This document shows positions 19,020 through 29,416 of a DNA stretch of 64,000 nt, piece by piece. This DNA is from a virus (Duplodnaviria; Caudoviricetes), in the IMG/VR virus record IMGVR_UViG_3300029286_000011. The stretch is one strand, 5' to 3'. The notes beneath the pieces were generated by a model. That model did no database searches. It had not been told where the DNA came from and saw only the letters and a list, made by a program, of their open reading frames with translations. Within the stretch, counting starts at the first letter, position 1. Each line of letters opens with the position of its first letter. A program made the position numbers and the translations under genes.

Positions 19020-19110
19020 TGTTGCTGTTTCCCTGTGGATTCCGTTACTGCGCTAGCTAGTTTTCATTATACGGAAGGGCGTCTGCATTACCTAGGCGGC
19101 TAGATAACGG

Positions 19111-19713
19111 CTACCATGACGACGAAGGCGTAGAGCCTGGCGGCGGGTCAGCTCGGATGACATCAGGCGAGTCGTTAGCAGGCGTATCAGATACAGCCAC
19201 CCAATGAAATAGGTCGTCTGATGCGTTTTCCTCTTCATCCTCTGACTCGTCCTCTGGCTCGTCCTCTGGCTCATACTCTGACTCTTCGTCATTAGACTCG
19301 TATTCATCTTCATCTTCATCTTCTTCTTCGTCGTCATCATCACGGTAGCCATCAAGCTCAGATTCTTCTTCATCGTCCAACCGCAGCTGATCGTAGTAGC
19401 CGTAGTTGAACGAGAAATATATGAGCCTAATGCCTACAGCATAAAAGCCTAACAATATTCGCTGTAGCGCTGGACTGAAGCCGGCAGCAGTAAGCATGGC
19501 TACTGACATGCTTCGACCAGAAGCCATATCGATCAGTACGACCATGTCAGACGTGAAAGCTACGCTGAAACCAGGTGCGCTATAGCCTAGTGTTGCTCGA
19601 GCAGATAAACGCCTACGGTCCTCAGACGTTATATGGTCGAAATGCACAAAGGCCAGCTTGCTTGACTCATTAGCTATGAACCGACAAAAGTCTTCAGGAA
19701 GATCAAAGGCCAT
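19111..19713 (-). CDS. hypothetical protein with acidic C-terminal tract
   Basis: likely start MAFDLP at 19713; D/E tract. Confidence 0.65.
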   Translation of the reverse strand: MAFDLPEDFCRFIANESSKLAFVHFDHITSEDRRRLSARATLGYSAPGFSVAFTSDMVVLIDMASGRSMSVAMLTAAGFSPALQRILLGFYAVGIRLIYFSFNYGYYDQLRLDDEEESELDGYRDDDDEEEDEDEDEYESNDEESEYEPEDEPEDESEDEEENASDDLFHWVAVSDTPANDSPDVIRADPPPGSTPSSSW

Positions 19714-20290
19714 CAGTCTCGTGCTCCTGCTGCAGTTCACGCTGTATAGAGGCTATGGGTCCTTTGCCCATAGCAACAGCCTGCTCGTCCCTGAGCCTGT
19801 TGAATCCCATCTGACGAACAAGATCCATTAGGCCTTCCGTGGCAAACTTGATCTGTGTGCACAAGAAGCCTTCAGTCAGCCGCTCTTCAGGCTTGAACTT
19901 CGTGCTCGTTTGCACCTGCCAAGCCTTCTCACCAGCGTAGCCCGCCGTTACGGCTACGTGTAGAAACATTGGTGTTTCTTTCACAGGCGGCTGCGCAGAA
20001 CGGCTGATGCTATCCCAAAAGCTGAGCAGCATTGCAAACGCATCGTAGTTGTCGCTGAATATAGCCTGTAGATATGCGCACTCGTCCGCGCCCAAAGCCA
20101 GGCCCTCTGGCGGATCTCTGGAAAGCAAAGCAAGACTGACACCTGGCTGATCATGCGCCAGGCACCAACGAAGGAAGCGTTTGACCTCGACCGATTTGAC
20201 CTGCTCGCTGTCCAACGACATTGCAGCGGTGTACTCGCGAAACAGGTACTTCAAGACTTCGATGATAAGACGTGCGTCAATTTTGGCCAT
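19703..20290 (-). CDS. hypothetical protein
   Basis: 195-aa ORF starting 12 bp after motif copy 2. Confidence 0.6.
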   Translation of the reverse strand: MAKIDARLIIEVLKYLFREYTAAMSLDSEQVKSVEVKRFLRWCLAHDQPGVSLALLSRDPPEGLALGADECAYLQAIFSDNYDAFAMLLSFWDSISRSAQPPVKETPMFLHVAVTAGYAGEKAWQVQTSTKFKPEERLTEGFLCTQIKFATEGLMDLVRQMGFNRLRDEQAVAMGKGPIASIQRELQQEHETDGL

Positions 20291-20301
20291 CCGGCACCTG
20301 T

Positions 20302-20323
20302 GAGATGTAATTAGCGCTAATTA
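20302..20323. promoter_or_regulatory. palindromic motif copy 2
   Basis: GAGATGTAATTAGCGCTAATTA, between a terminator and a start codon. Confidence 0.75.
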
Positions 20324-20335
20324 AATTCACCAATG

Positions 20336-20359
20336 AAAAAGGGCCACCTGAGTGGCCCT
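20336..20359 (-). terminator. Rho-independent terminator
   Basis: GGGCCAC-ctga-GTGGCCC stem with 5-U tract on the minus strand. Confidence 0.8.
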
Positions 20360-20381
20360 ATCGTCCGCAAACTGTTACTGG

Positions 20382-20690
20382 CTAACCGCTTACGCGAACT
20401 TCGCCAGCGGGCGGCAAACCACCGGTCACAGACGGAATACGCCCAGTGACCGCGCAAACGCCGCTAACAGGCGCACTGACGCCCTGAACAGGTGCCAATG
20501 CAAACTGCTGACCGTTTGCCAGCTGAATCGTGTAGTTGCCAGTGCCTGGCCCGTAGGAAAGACCCACAGGACGAACCCTGGACAGATACGCGTCAGCGCC
20601 GCTACAAAAGCTGCGCACATCCGCCGGGATGTCGCCGTTCGGATATAGCAGATTGCACAAAAACTCTGTAAAGCACTTCTGCATGATCAC
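20382..20690 (-). CDS. hypothetical protein
   Basis: 102-aa ORF ending just before the terminator. Confidence 0.55.
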   Translation of the reverse strand: MIMQKCFTEFLCNLLYPNGDIPADVRSFCSGADAYLSRVRPVGLSYGPGTGNYTIQLANGQQFALAPVQGVSAPVSGVCAVTGRIPSVTGGLPPAGEVRVSG

Positions 20691-20707
20691 TCCTTCAGAA
20701 TGACTTG

Positions 20708-21310
20708 TTACTGTTTGTAGATCTTCGGCTCAACGGCAGCACCGGCTAAGCCATTGATGTCGTTCTTCACTGCTGATCGCAAGTCGTTGAGTTCGCGTAT
20801 ACGCATAGACGTACGAATGTACTCTAACGATTGCTGCATTGTGAACTGATCAGGATCGTACGTGTACTTGCGTATCTTTGTCTCTAAGACCCACAACTCC
20901 AAATGGATCTTGTCCAACTTATTTATCGGCTCGGCCAGCTTGGCATGAGTGCGCAACAAGAAATTGACGTTACTGCCATTTTCCTTATAGTCTAGCCACG
21001 TCTGCATATCAAAGGCCTTGAGTAGGCTACAACTGCAGTTGTTCGCCAGCTCGGATACGGCTGCGTACTTTGACGACAGCTCGTCATCGCTCAGGCTGAG
21101 AAGCTTAAGCCGCAATATGATCCAGCGATCAATCATCTCAGCAAGAGTCACCGTCATCTTGCCCGAAGCAGGAAGCTTAGGTGGCTCCGTGGACTTAACA
21201 CGCAGAACTGCTGACCTTTCTCGGACAGAAAAGGTCTTCCACGCATCGCGCAAGATAGTGGCAAAACGCCCGCTCATGTCTTCGGCTTCCTTTTCTGACC
21301 GTACAGCCAT
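20708..21310 (-). CDS. DUF6165-like coiled-coil protein
   Basis: TLAEMIDRWIILRLK...LWVLETKIR...IRELNDLRSAVKNDIN...EPKIY resembles DUF6165 of large phages. Confidence 0.55.
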   Translation of the reverse strand: MAVRSEKEAEDMSGRFATILRDAWKTFSVRERSAVLRVKSTEPPKLPASGKMTVTLAEMIDRWIILRLKLLSLSDDELSSKYAAVSELANNCSCSLLKAFDMQTWLDYKENGSNVNFLLRTHAKLAEPINKLDKIHLELWVLETKIRKYTYDPDQFTMQQSLEYIRTSMRIRELNDLRSAVKNDINGLAGAAVEPKIYKQ

Positions 21311-21428
21311 GGCGGCTGCGAATTGGTTGGTTTGTCCGTCAGCGCTTTATTGACTTCATCGCGGTGCTCCTGTGTAGCTACGGGTAGTAACGAGGTACGT
21401 CTGGCCACTCTCTTAGCGGCCTGTTCGC

Positions 21429-22568
21429 CTAGATCTTTCGAGTCCATACGTTGTCTCCTATGGCTTCTTCCAGTCTAGGCGAGATCAGCGACGACAGCAA
21501 TTCACGCGATTCCGATTGCTTACTAAGCAGTTTGCTGCGTACTTCTGCTGCCATAGCCCTGAGCCTGGAAAACCTTGCACGAATGTGGAACATGCCGTGA
21601 ACTATCTCACGTAACACATCCAGGTTCGGGCTCATGCTGTGTATGTCGGGCCACAGCACAGTAGTTTCGCCTTTCAGCAGCACCTCAGGAATGTCCGCAT
21701 ACAGCTCAGCAGTCTGTACACAGTTAGGTGCAATCACAGGCGTACCGCTAAGCAGCATCTCTGTTAAGTACAGCTGCAGGGACGATACACCGGCATAATA
21801 GATGGCCTGATGTGAAAGATACAAGTCGTGCCTTACATCTTCAGACGGGCCAGAGACTATAGTCACCCTGTCTCCATACTGATTCAGTTGAGGACAACGC
21901 AATCGTTTGGAGCTGTATTCATCCAGCCACAACGTGACACGAATAGGTTCGTCGTCTAGCAGCATGGAGATGACATTGAAGATGGTTGAAGCCTGTGTGC
22001 GCATGGTATACGAATCGGCATACACCAGTATGCTAGGCTCCGACGCCATGTTCGCTGTGGCTACATCAGGAATCCACTGTAGCACAATGGGATTGAACAT
22101 CGGGCTTTCACGCAGAAACTCAGCAGCAGTTGCCGAGCTGCCGCATAGTATACCCGTGCAGAAGCGTAGGAACTCCCAATGCCTATCTTTCATCCTGTCT
22201 GGCGTGAATATGGCGAATTCTCGTTGCCATGGCTCAGCCTTCAGTTCCTTGTACAGATCAGTAACACCTGTGAAGATCACCTGTTGTTCTTTGTGCCACT
22301 TCTTCAGTGTGTCTAGCTGATCGCCATAGTTCACGCGTACGTCCCACACCGAGTATGAGTTTCGTCGTGACGGCGTTGGTGACATCCAGCTCACTTCGTG
22401 TCCAATAGTCACCAGATAGTCTGCAACCGACTGCAGCCAACTTCTTGTCTCTGTACTGCTGTAGTCAGCCAAGATGCCAACCTGACTCATCTGTGCGCTC
22501 TCCCTTGGAAGTAAGGACAATGCAAACGATCCTGTGAAAATGTCGTGTAGTGCATTCCTTGCCTCCAC
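21429..22568 (-). CDS. diverged GT-B glycosyltransferase-like protein
   Basis: HQAIYY...YLTEMLLSGTPVIAP (E-x7 GT4-like signature); lies in a GT cluster. Confidence 0.5.
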   Translation of the reverse strand: MEARNALHDIFTGSFALSLLPRESAQMSQVGILADYSSTETRSWLQSVADYLVTIGHEVSWMSPTPSRRNSYSVWDVRVNYGDQLDTLKKWHKEQQVIFTGVTDLYKELKAEPWQREFAIFTPDRMKDRHWEFLRFCTGILCGSSATAAEFLRESPMFNPIVLQWIPDVATANMASEPSILVYADSYTMRTQASTIFNVISMLLDDEPIRVTLWLDEYSSKRLRCPQLNQYGDRVTIVSGPSEDVRHDLYLSHQAIYYAGVSSLQLYLTEMLLSGTPVIAPNCVQTAELYADIPEVLLKGETTVLWPDIHSMSPNLDVLREIVHGMFHIRARFSRLRAMAAEVRSKLLSKQSESRELLSSLISPRLEEAIGDNVWTRKI

Positions 22569-23143
22569 ACACAGTAATCAAAGCTGAGCTGGTCCCTGAC
22601 ACTGTTGTTAGACAACTCATGCCACCACAGCTCATTGAACACACGCACTTGGTCTGAATGTCGTCTAATCAATGCACAAGTCTCAGCCAGACCGTTGTTG
22701 GCAGGATAGCCTTCCTGCTTGTATCCGAAGATCTGACGCTGCATAACAACAGGGTCATCTTTCTTCAGACGCAGACATGCGGATAGTTCTTCGTACACGC
22801 AGCTACGTTGACGATGCTTGAACACGGCAATATCTGTGCTTGTCAGATAGCGCTGCACAAGCTGTTCTGGATCACACAACGGTGTGAAGTTGCCATCCAC
22901 CCATAGCGTGTAATCGGCAGATGGAAACACAACATGAGACAGCAACTTGTGCTGTCTGGCCTTACGCTGGGCATTCACATGGCTGAATACAGAAGGCAGA
23001 ATCTCCCAGCCAGATAGTCGTTGTGGCGTCTTCACATCCATGAAGGCAACACAACGAGTACCGGGTGAGACAGTGGGCAGATACAGATGATCTTTAGCCA
23101 CCATTGGGCCGAAGATTGCTGTGTAGACTACGGTACCGGACAT
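22487..23143 (-). CDS. DUF616/TOD1-MUCI70 glycosyltransferase-like protein
   Basis: VVYTAIFG, ARQHKLLSH, YTLWVDGN, FKHRQRSCVYEE, RDQLSFDY. Confidence 0.85.
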   Translation of the reverse strand: MSGTVVYTAIFGPMVAKDHLYLPTVSPGTRCVAFMDVKTPQRLSGWEILPSVFSHVNAQRKARQHKLLSHVVFPSADYTLWVDGNFTPLCDPEQLVQRYLTSTDIAVFKHRQRSCVYEELSACLRLKKDDPVVMQRQIFGYKQEGYPANNGLAETCALIRRHSDQVRVFNELWWHELSNNSVRDQLSFDYCVWRQGMHYTTFSQDRLHCPYFQGRAHR

Positions 23144-23910
23144 TGCCTAGGCTCCTCAGCACTAGACGCTCTGTACCAGCCCGTATGCTTGTGTTTGTCG
23201 CCACGCGACACAGCTCTGTAGTGGAATACAAAACTAGATGGCACAAAGCCTATCCTGAAACGTCTAGTTAGCCAGCGTGTTTGAAGCTCGTCCTCATTGC
23301 CTGTCAGCTTGTACTTAGGGTCAAACACGTACTGCTTATTAAACGCTCCAGCCCACCACACGTCTGTTCTAGCTACTGTGCAGTAGCCATTGATCTTGCT
23401 GGAGACTATGCCTGTCCTAGCGTGCCTAGACTGTAACTCTGCGGCTACCGTTGCCAGGTCTGCAGGATCGTCAGATGTGACATAGCCGGGCAGATAACGT
23501 GTAACTGATTGACGCTGCCTATTGGTTCTTCCAGGCGCGTTAGTTATCGGGCCCAACAAATGCCAGCCACCAGCCAGTCCTGCTCGCACAGGTTCCCACC
23601 AACCCGGTGTGAATATGATGTCTGAGTTACCCGCTATGGCGTATGTGAATCCATGCGACCTTGCGTAGGTCAGGCCGTGATTCCACGAGCGAGTAAGGCC
23701 GTCTTGTCGACCAAACCTATAGATCTGAATACGGTCGCGCGGTAGGTCATGAGCCCAGGCAGCCCAGTTCTGCTGATCAAAGCCAGGAGAACAATCATCA
23801 ACAACCAGCGCAAAAGAGTCTGGTGGAGAATGTTGCAGAAAACTGGCCACAGCACGACGACTGTATACGAACTTGCCGTAGCTTGGGCAGATAAACAGTA
23901 AGCGGCCCAT
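23128..23910 (-). CDS. family 2 glycosyltransferase
   Basis: LVVDDCS, GLTRSWNHGL, IAGNSDIIF, FVFHYRAVS. Confidence 0.85.
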   Translation of the reverse strand: MGRLLFICPSYGKFVYSRRAVASFLQHSPPDSFALVVDDCSPGFDQQNWAAWAHDLPRDRIQIYRFGRQDGLTRSWNHGLTYARSHGFTYAIAGNSDIIFTPGWWEPVRAGLAGGWHLLGPITNAPGRTNRQRQSVTRYLPGYVTSDDPADLATVAAELQSRHARTGIVSSKINGYCTVARTDVWWAGAFNKQYVFDPKYKLTGNEDELQTRWLTRRFRIGFVPSSFVFHYRAVSRGDKHKHTGWYRASSAEEPRQCPVP

Positions 23911-23919
23911 AACACGCCT

Positions 23920-25815
23920 TTATTGCTGGGCTGGCTGCTGACCAAGCAGCATTGCGCCGCCGGCTGTTTGTGCACGAGAGCGAATCTCTTCCATCTTCTC
24001 CTGCACGACAGCGTGAAGCATGTTGTTCTTCTGCTTCAGTTGTCGCAGCTCACTGTCCTTCTGGGACTCAGGCAGCGCTAGTAATTGATTGGCCAAGCTT
24101 TCAGCCTGAGCCATTATATCCTGCGGCGACATAGGCACGTTAGCCGATGACAGCATCGCAGACACAGGACCGCCAGGCATACCGGCTGCACCGCCAGGAC
24201 CAGCAGGTGCGCCGCCTGGGCCGGCTGGAACGCCGCCAGGAGGCATTCCGCCGGCCGGTGCTGGCATTTGTCCCTTGGCAATCTGCTCACCAAAGGCAGA
24301 CTGATCCATCTCCTCTTGAACCCTGGCCTGCGTCTCCTGCTGGAATCGAGACTCTTCGGCAATGCCGCGAACCTCGTCCTTGTATTCGATACCCAGCGCA
24401 CGCAATGCCGTGGTTTGACTTATGACACCGCCCATGGACAACTGCAGTATCATCATCTGCTTCTGTACGTCGTCGGCGTATGTAACGCGGCGCATACGGG
24501 CAGATACACGCTCCCAAGACAACAACTGGCTGACCTGCTCTACAAACCAGTACAGGAAGCGATTGTTGCTGGCCGGTAGATGGCTCCACGTAGCCTCTAG
24601 CAGCCGCAGGGAAATGGGCATGGCATCAAGACGCATTGTTCCCTGGTGGAACTCAACAGGCGCACCTGAGCCATTAAGCAGCGTGTTGTTAGCTTGTTCG
24701 ATCTGATCACGCGGTGCCAGGTTGGCAGCCTCGCCACCAACGAGATGGTATCGAATAGGATGCGATACCACATGCCAGCTGGCAGGGTCCTGTCGACGTC
24801 GGCGCAAGGCATCGAGCATCTGATACGTGAAATCACTACCAGACATCCCTATGAGCGGATCAGTTAGAGCGCCCTGACTCATAGGATTTCCGTTACGCAC
24901 TTCAGGCGTGATGATACGCAAAGGCACAATGAAGTCCATGGCAATGGCTTCATTCATCCTGCGCAGAACCTGGCAGTGAAACACGTCACGGAAGTTAATC
25001 AACGACCTGGGCAGGCCCCATCCACGATTGGGTATGCCTGATAACGTCGGCTCCATCATATGGAACAATACGTTAGGCCCAAACATGAACAGCTGGTTTT
25101 TGCTTATGGCGTCGATAACAGGCAGCGGCGTACGCTCGAGAATGAACATATCGCCATTGGTGACCTGCTGCTTATAGTCCTGCGGAATCTTCCACAGGTA
25201 AGCGCGTTCACCGGTATACGGATCTGTGAGTATCTCTATCTCGTGCGGGGACCAGTGCTTGAGACTGAGCGACTGCTCCAGATTGACAGGCTGGTCATTA
25301 ACGATCCACTCACCACGATAGCCGCTGCCTGTCTTGCAGTTCGGGCATGTGGCAATGAACTTGAACCTGTCCCACTTGAACTTGAACTGAGAATGCCCGT
25401 CAACCTCTCGCAGCAAGTACTGGTTGTAGCATTTGGGACATACCAGAAAGCGCTGGAACGGTACGACAAATGACGTAAAGCCGTTGCCGTAGGCGATACA
25501 GTCGCGGTCTAGTGACTGTATGTCGTCCAGTATGTGGATTCGGTCCTCGCAGAAGCTTCTATACTTTTCTTTCTCGTCATCGCCTAGACGCGAGATAGTA
25601 TCCACAGCGCCTATCTCAACGGCTGTAAGAAAGTAGGCAATGATCCGCTCCATTGCCATTCGATATGTCGAGTTGTTCTGGAATATGAACTCACCCCAAC
25701 GCAGCATTTCACGAATGCCGGTAGGCATCATGCTGCTGGCAATGTCCTGCCACGGATTGGGGAAGGCCCCGCTGCCTGAGCGTGACCCAAACATACCTTG
25801 CATATAGTCAGCCAT
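23920..25815 (-). CDS. probable phage portal protein
   Basis: 631 aa; alpha/beta organisation with YGNGF, FHMMEPTLSG..RGWGLP, IVPLRII; Gln/Gly/Pro-rich C-terminus. Confidence 0.6.
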   Translation of the reverse strand: MADYMQGMFGSRSGSGAFPNPWQDIASSMMPTGIREMLRWGEFIFQNNSTYRMAMERIIAYFLTAVEIGAVDTISRLGDDEKEKYRSFCEDRIHILDDIQSLDRDCIAYGNGFTSFVVPFQRFLVCPKCYNQYLLREVDGHSQFKFKWDRFKFIATCPNCKTGSGYRGEWIVNDQPVNLEQSLSLKHWSPHEIEILTDPYTGERAYLWKIPQDYKQQVTNGDMFILERTPLPVIDAISKNQLFMFGPNVLFHMMEPTLSGIPNRGWGLPRSLINFRDVFHCQVLRRMNEAIAMDFIVPLRIITPEVRNGNPMSQGALTDPLIGMSGSDFTYQMLDALRRRRQDPASWHVVSHPIRYHLVGGEAANLAPRDQIEQANNTLLNGSGAPVEFHQGTMRLDAMPISLRLLEATWSHLPASNNRFLYWFVEQVSQLLSWERVSARMRRVTYADDVQKQMMILQLSMGGVISQTTALRALGIEYKDEVRGIAEESRFQQETQARVQEEMDQSAFGEQIAKGQMPAPAGGMPPGGVPAGPGGAPAGPGGAAGMPGGPVSAMLSSANVPMSPQDIMAQAESLANQLLALPESQKDSELRQLKQKNNMLHAVVQEKMEEIRSRAQTAGGAMLLGQQPAQQ

Positions 25816-25841
25816 CTACGACCTCCGTGTGTTGGGCCAGC

Positions 25842-26042
25842 TTAGCAGCTTTCCTTAGCCACTTTAGATGCCCTAGCAACAACATGCTCTTCCAGCTGTT
25901 CCGCAGTCTTATCTGCAGGTCGCTCTGCCGGTGTGATGCCAGGTTCAATGACTCCGCGCTTTTCCATGCGCTCGGCAGTGTCAGGTCGTTCCATCGTCCA
26001 CCTCGGTTTCTGCAGGTACGATGATAAGGTTGATGATCTCAA
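25842..26042 (-). CDS. small hypothetical protein upstream of the portal
   Basis: short ORF containing MEKRGV. Confidence 0.45.
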   Translation of the reverse strand: MRSSTLSSYLQKPRWTMERPDTAERMEKRGVIEPGITPAERPADKTAEQLEEHVVARASKVAKESC

Positions 26043-27117
26043 GACAACCTATCGTCTGATGGAACTCTGGCACAATGACACAGAAAGCCTGCCGGGACAG
26101 GGTGGGCACTGTTACCATTATACGATTCCTACCAGTAGGCGCTGGAGCGAACCTGCTACCTTCTTTGTATCTGTCGTCGTAAATAAGCGATAGACAGATA
26201 CCTGATTTGACCACTTTGTGGAATCGATAACGATGCAAGCCGGCAACACCAAGATCGAACACAGCGTCGTATGTTGGGCTTACAGGGTCAGCTGCCAAGA
26301 ACTCAAGGCCCGTTCTAGAGTTGTCCACAGGCTCTGGAATCTCTACGGATTCGACAGGCGCTTGTGACGGCCTAGGGGCTTTGACCAAGGCGGTGACAAC
26401 AGAGGTCAACTGCTGAATGCTGTCTTCAATGGCCTTGATGCGCTGGCTTTTGACCTTCGGCCGTGAAGCCTGTTTAACAGGCCTTCGCTTGACTGGCCGA
26501 GCTCGCACCGGCTCTTGCACCTCTTCATCAACGTCGTCGGCATACTCTTCAACTTCCTCACGTCGCGCCGGCTTACGTTGTACCTTCTGAGGTTGCCATT
26601 TGCTGCCACGATTGGCCGCAGTACTTCGAGAGCTACTACGCTCAGCTTGTTCAGCCTGTTCTTCCTCGGCACCGTCGTCTTCGTCCCACATAGACTTCAT
26701 GGGTGTTACCTCTTGCATCTGCTCAAAGTCAGGTACGACCTGCAGGGTTTTGTGTTTCACACGTCCCTGTGCGTTACTGGCTTCCATGGCCAACAGAAAA
26801 GCTTCTTCCGGATCGTCTGTTTTCATGGCTGCCTGCTTACAGGCGGCTTTAGTCAACTTACGCAAGTCAATAACGGTGCCGCCTTCGCCCGTTATTGGAT
26901 TGGTTGGATCGATTATGATCACACCAGCGCGGCTGTGATCGATGACCTTGGAAGTGCCGCCGCGAGTAGCCCTGGGCAACATGACTCTACCAGAGGCGTG
27001 CTTATGATATTTGCTCGGATCAGGTGTATGTGCCATTACACCTGCCTTATCCGGGGGTTGTGCGATCGGTGACCAGTCTGATCGACTACTAAAATCACGC
27101 TTAGCTTTTGCTAACAT
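25981..27117 (-). CDS. hypothetical protein
   Basis: 378-aa ORF with charged central linker. Confidence 0.65.
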   Translation of the reverse strand: MLAKAKRDFSSRSDWSPIAQPPDKAGVMAHTPDPSKYHKHASGRVMLPRATRGGTSKVIDHSRAGVIIIDPTNPITGEGGTVIDLRKLTKAACKQAAMKTDDPEEAFLLAMEASNAQGRVKHKTLQVVPDFEQMQEVTPMKSMWDEDDGAEEEQAEQAERSSSRSTAANRGSKWQPQKVQRKPARREEVEEYADDVDEEVQEPVRARPVKRRPVKQASRPKVKSQRIKAIEDSIQQLTSVVTALVKAPRPSQAPVESVEIPEPVDNSRTGLEFLAADPVSPTYDAVFDLGVAGLHRYRFHKVVKSGICLSLIYDDRYKEGSRFAPAPTGRNRIMVTVPTLSRQAFCVIVPEFHQTIGCLEIINLIIVPAETEVDDGTT

Positions 27118-27171
27118 AATGACCTTTTACCTCCGGCCACTAGTCTAGCATTCAGCATAGCTAAAGGAAAG

Positions 27172-27207
27172 GGAACAAGGCAGGCCGTTTCGCTCCTGCC
27201 TTGTTCC
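27172..27207. terminator. 13-bp stem hairpin, probable terminator
   Basis: GGAACAAGGCAGG...CCTGCCTTGTTCC. Confidence 0.65.
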
Positions 27208-27225
27208 TTCCCCGCACAGTTGAGC

Positions 27226-28848
27226 CTACGTCAACTGTGTTGCTTTGTTCTCTCGATAGGAATCGACGTTCACGGCCCCGCCCCCAAGGTGATATCCGAC
27301 GCCATTGGCTACGAACTCCCAGTCAGCTTGCTGGTTATTCGCCAATGCGCCGAACACAAACACCTTGAGCTCAGGCACGTAAAAGCGTTCGAGACCACGA
27401 AAGTCAAGCAGTACGTCGTATGCGAGGGAGCAGGCGGATGGCGGTAACCACTTGGCAGGAACCAAGTAATTGTTGCCATTCGAATTGGGTTCGGCGAACG
27501 AGTCGCGGATGTAGGCAGCCGCCATCACGGGCAGCAACGAACCCAATGCTCTGATCTCGCTACGTGTCCACAGGCGCCTCGGCATCCAGTTGCATACTGG
27601 TTCGCCCGCCTGAAATTCCTTATCCAACATCCCAAGATCAGGCGCATAGGCCCGAGGGATGTACACTACGCTACCGTCGGGCCATTGCGCGACGTACACT
27701 GTGGGGTCCGTGTCAATAAATTCGACAATCGCCCCGGCGGCCGGCGCACGCACGGTAAACGGTTTTGCACTGAGCGCCCCGGCAGGGCCCAGTACACGAC
27801 GAAGTTCGTCGACGAGCGAATCCGACACTGTCATATCGGAGATAACATGCTCAACCGATTCAGCCGTCATGCGGAGATATGCCGCCGGCAGTTGTCCGTA
27901 ATCTGCCATCGGACCAGTTTCATGGTTGATCAGCCGCCTGGTCATAAGATTGCCAGTGCGGAGCAGATCTTCCCTATCAAGCGGTACCCAGTTCTTCGTG
28001 GGCTGGCGCACAAACATGGTTCTTCCATTCTCCACGCGTATGCGCCCATACTTGCAGGCTTCCATTGCCTGCACAACTGGTTGGTCGGCGGTGACTTGCT
28101 CACCTTCGGCCACCAGCAGCTTGAACTCCTTGTTACGCGGCAGCCGCAAGATAGGCAGCTTTCCCGCGTCGTCCTCCAACCACACTTCCAGCCTGACGGG
28201 TGTGTCAACAAACGTGACAAACCCAGCACCCGGCGAACGAATCATAGCCGGATTCTTTGCGCTGGCGATGGCATCACACAGCGCCGCCCCTACTGTGCCA
28301 GGACGATACTCGCACAGTTCGTAGCGGTAGTCGGATTGGCGTGGACGCTCCAGCGTATCCCACGTCACCGGCCGCCTTGGCAGCACTGTCTCAACGCCTC
28401 CGTCAGCCATTCGATGCAACTCGTGCAGCGTCACGTCGAAACGATAGGGCCGAGCCCAAGTCTTCTTCTTGTGTCCACCTGAGAAACTCACTTCAGGCGG
28501 AACGTTCAACATACGCATAGCCAACACGTCCACGTGGTCGTGTGGCAGTAAGCTGGGATGTAGCCCGCCCGACCTAGATCGAGCTTTGTAGGCCAGTATC
28601 CCAAAGCCAGCGCGAGCACCGCTGTGGCCTTCAGTGGCATTCGCCCACTCCTCCTGCACCGGGGTTAGATTGTGCCTGGTTCCCGGCCCATAGACTTCCT
28701 TGTGAAGCAAGTTTTCCATCGATGTCGCTCCATTTGTCCTACCCACCGGAACGTAAATTCGTTCTACGCGCCTATCGGCTGTCCACTCCAACAGCCAATA
28801 CGTAAAGAAAAAGGTCTTCAGCTGATAGCAACTGAAGACCCATTGCAT
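27226..28848 (-). CDS. protein with two sandwich-barrel-hybrid-motif-like segments (RNA polymerase beta/beta-prime-like)
   Basis: LLVAEGEQVTADQPV and VRAPAAGAIV...EFQAGEPVC; no NADFDGD catalytic motif; true start probably at MENLLH. Confidence 0.4.
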   Translation of the reverse strand: MQWVFSCYQLKTFFFTYWLLEWTADRRVERIYVPVGRTNGATSMENLLHKEVYGPGTRHNLTPVQEEWANATEGHSGARAGFGILAYKARSRSGGLHPSLLPHDHVDVLAMRMLNVPPEVSFSGGHKKKTWARPYRFDVTLHELHRMADGGVETVLPRRPVTWDTLERPRQSDYRYELCEYRPGTVGAALCDAIASAKNPAMIRSPGAGFVTFVDTPVRLEVWLEDDAGKLPILRLPRNKEFKLLVAEGEQVTADQPVVQAMEACKYGRIRVENGRTMFVRQPTKNWVPLDREDLLRTGNLMTRRLINHETGPMADYGQLPAAYLRMTAESVEHVISDMTVSDSLVDELRRVLGPAGALSAKPFTVRAPAAGAIVEFIDTDPTVYVAQWPDGSVVYIPRAYAPDLGMLDKEFQAGEPVCNWMPRRLWTRSEIRALGSLLPVMAAAYIRDSFAEPNSNGNNYLVPAKWLPPSACSLAYDVLLDFRGLERFYVPELKVFVFGALANNQQADWEFVANGVGYHLGGGAVNVDSYRENKATQLT

Positions 28849-28880
28849 AATATTATGACACCGTGTGGTGTCTTTTTTAG

Positions 28881-29387
28881 CTATCCGTCATCATCGTCAA
28901 AGTCGTCCTCAGGTTCCTCGTCGGGAGTGTCTATTTCACCGTCGTCAGTCATCACTGACGCTGACGCATCTGCGGCCACTACAGAAGAATTGCCTGAGGC
29001 GTCGGCTATGTTGATATCCTCTTCACCAAAATAGCCCTCCTCATTAACTGTTGGCATCAACGAGTCAAACAACGGCAGCATCTCGCCTGTGGCTAGCACA
29101 AGATGATGTGGCCATGTTGTCAACTTAGATTGAACGCCATAGAACACAAACAGCCAGCCCTTGCGCGATAGCGCCTGCTTCAAGAATGTTCGCAGTGCGC
29201 CTATATCGGCAAATCGGCTGAGAGAAGGCTTGGCGTAATCCAGCACCTCCACAACCCACCACGCTGGAGTTGCCGATATATCAAACGGCTCTTCAGGCAT
29301 ACGAACAGGCGCTGGCAGGCCCAACGAGGCCCACAGATCTTCAATCTGCTGTTTAAGCTGATCTGTTGATTTGATTATCTCTGACAT
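28881..29387 (-). CDS. hypothetical protein with acidic tail
   Basis: 168-aa ORF. Confidence 0.6.
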   Translation of the reverse strand: MSEIIKSTDQLKQQIEDLWASLGLPAPVRMPEEPFDISATPAWWVVEVLDYAKPSLSRFADIGALRTFLKQALSRKGWLFVFYGVQSKLTTWPHHLVLATGEMLPLFDSLMPTVNEEGYFGEEDINIADASGNSSVVAADASASVMTDDGEIDTPDEEPEDDFDDDDG

Positions 29388-29416
29388 GACTCAGACAACC
29401 TATCAGTGACGTAGGC

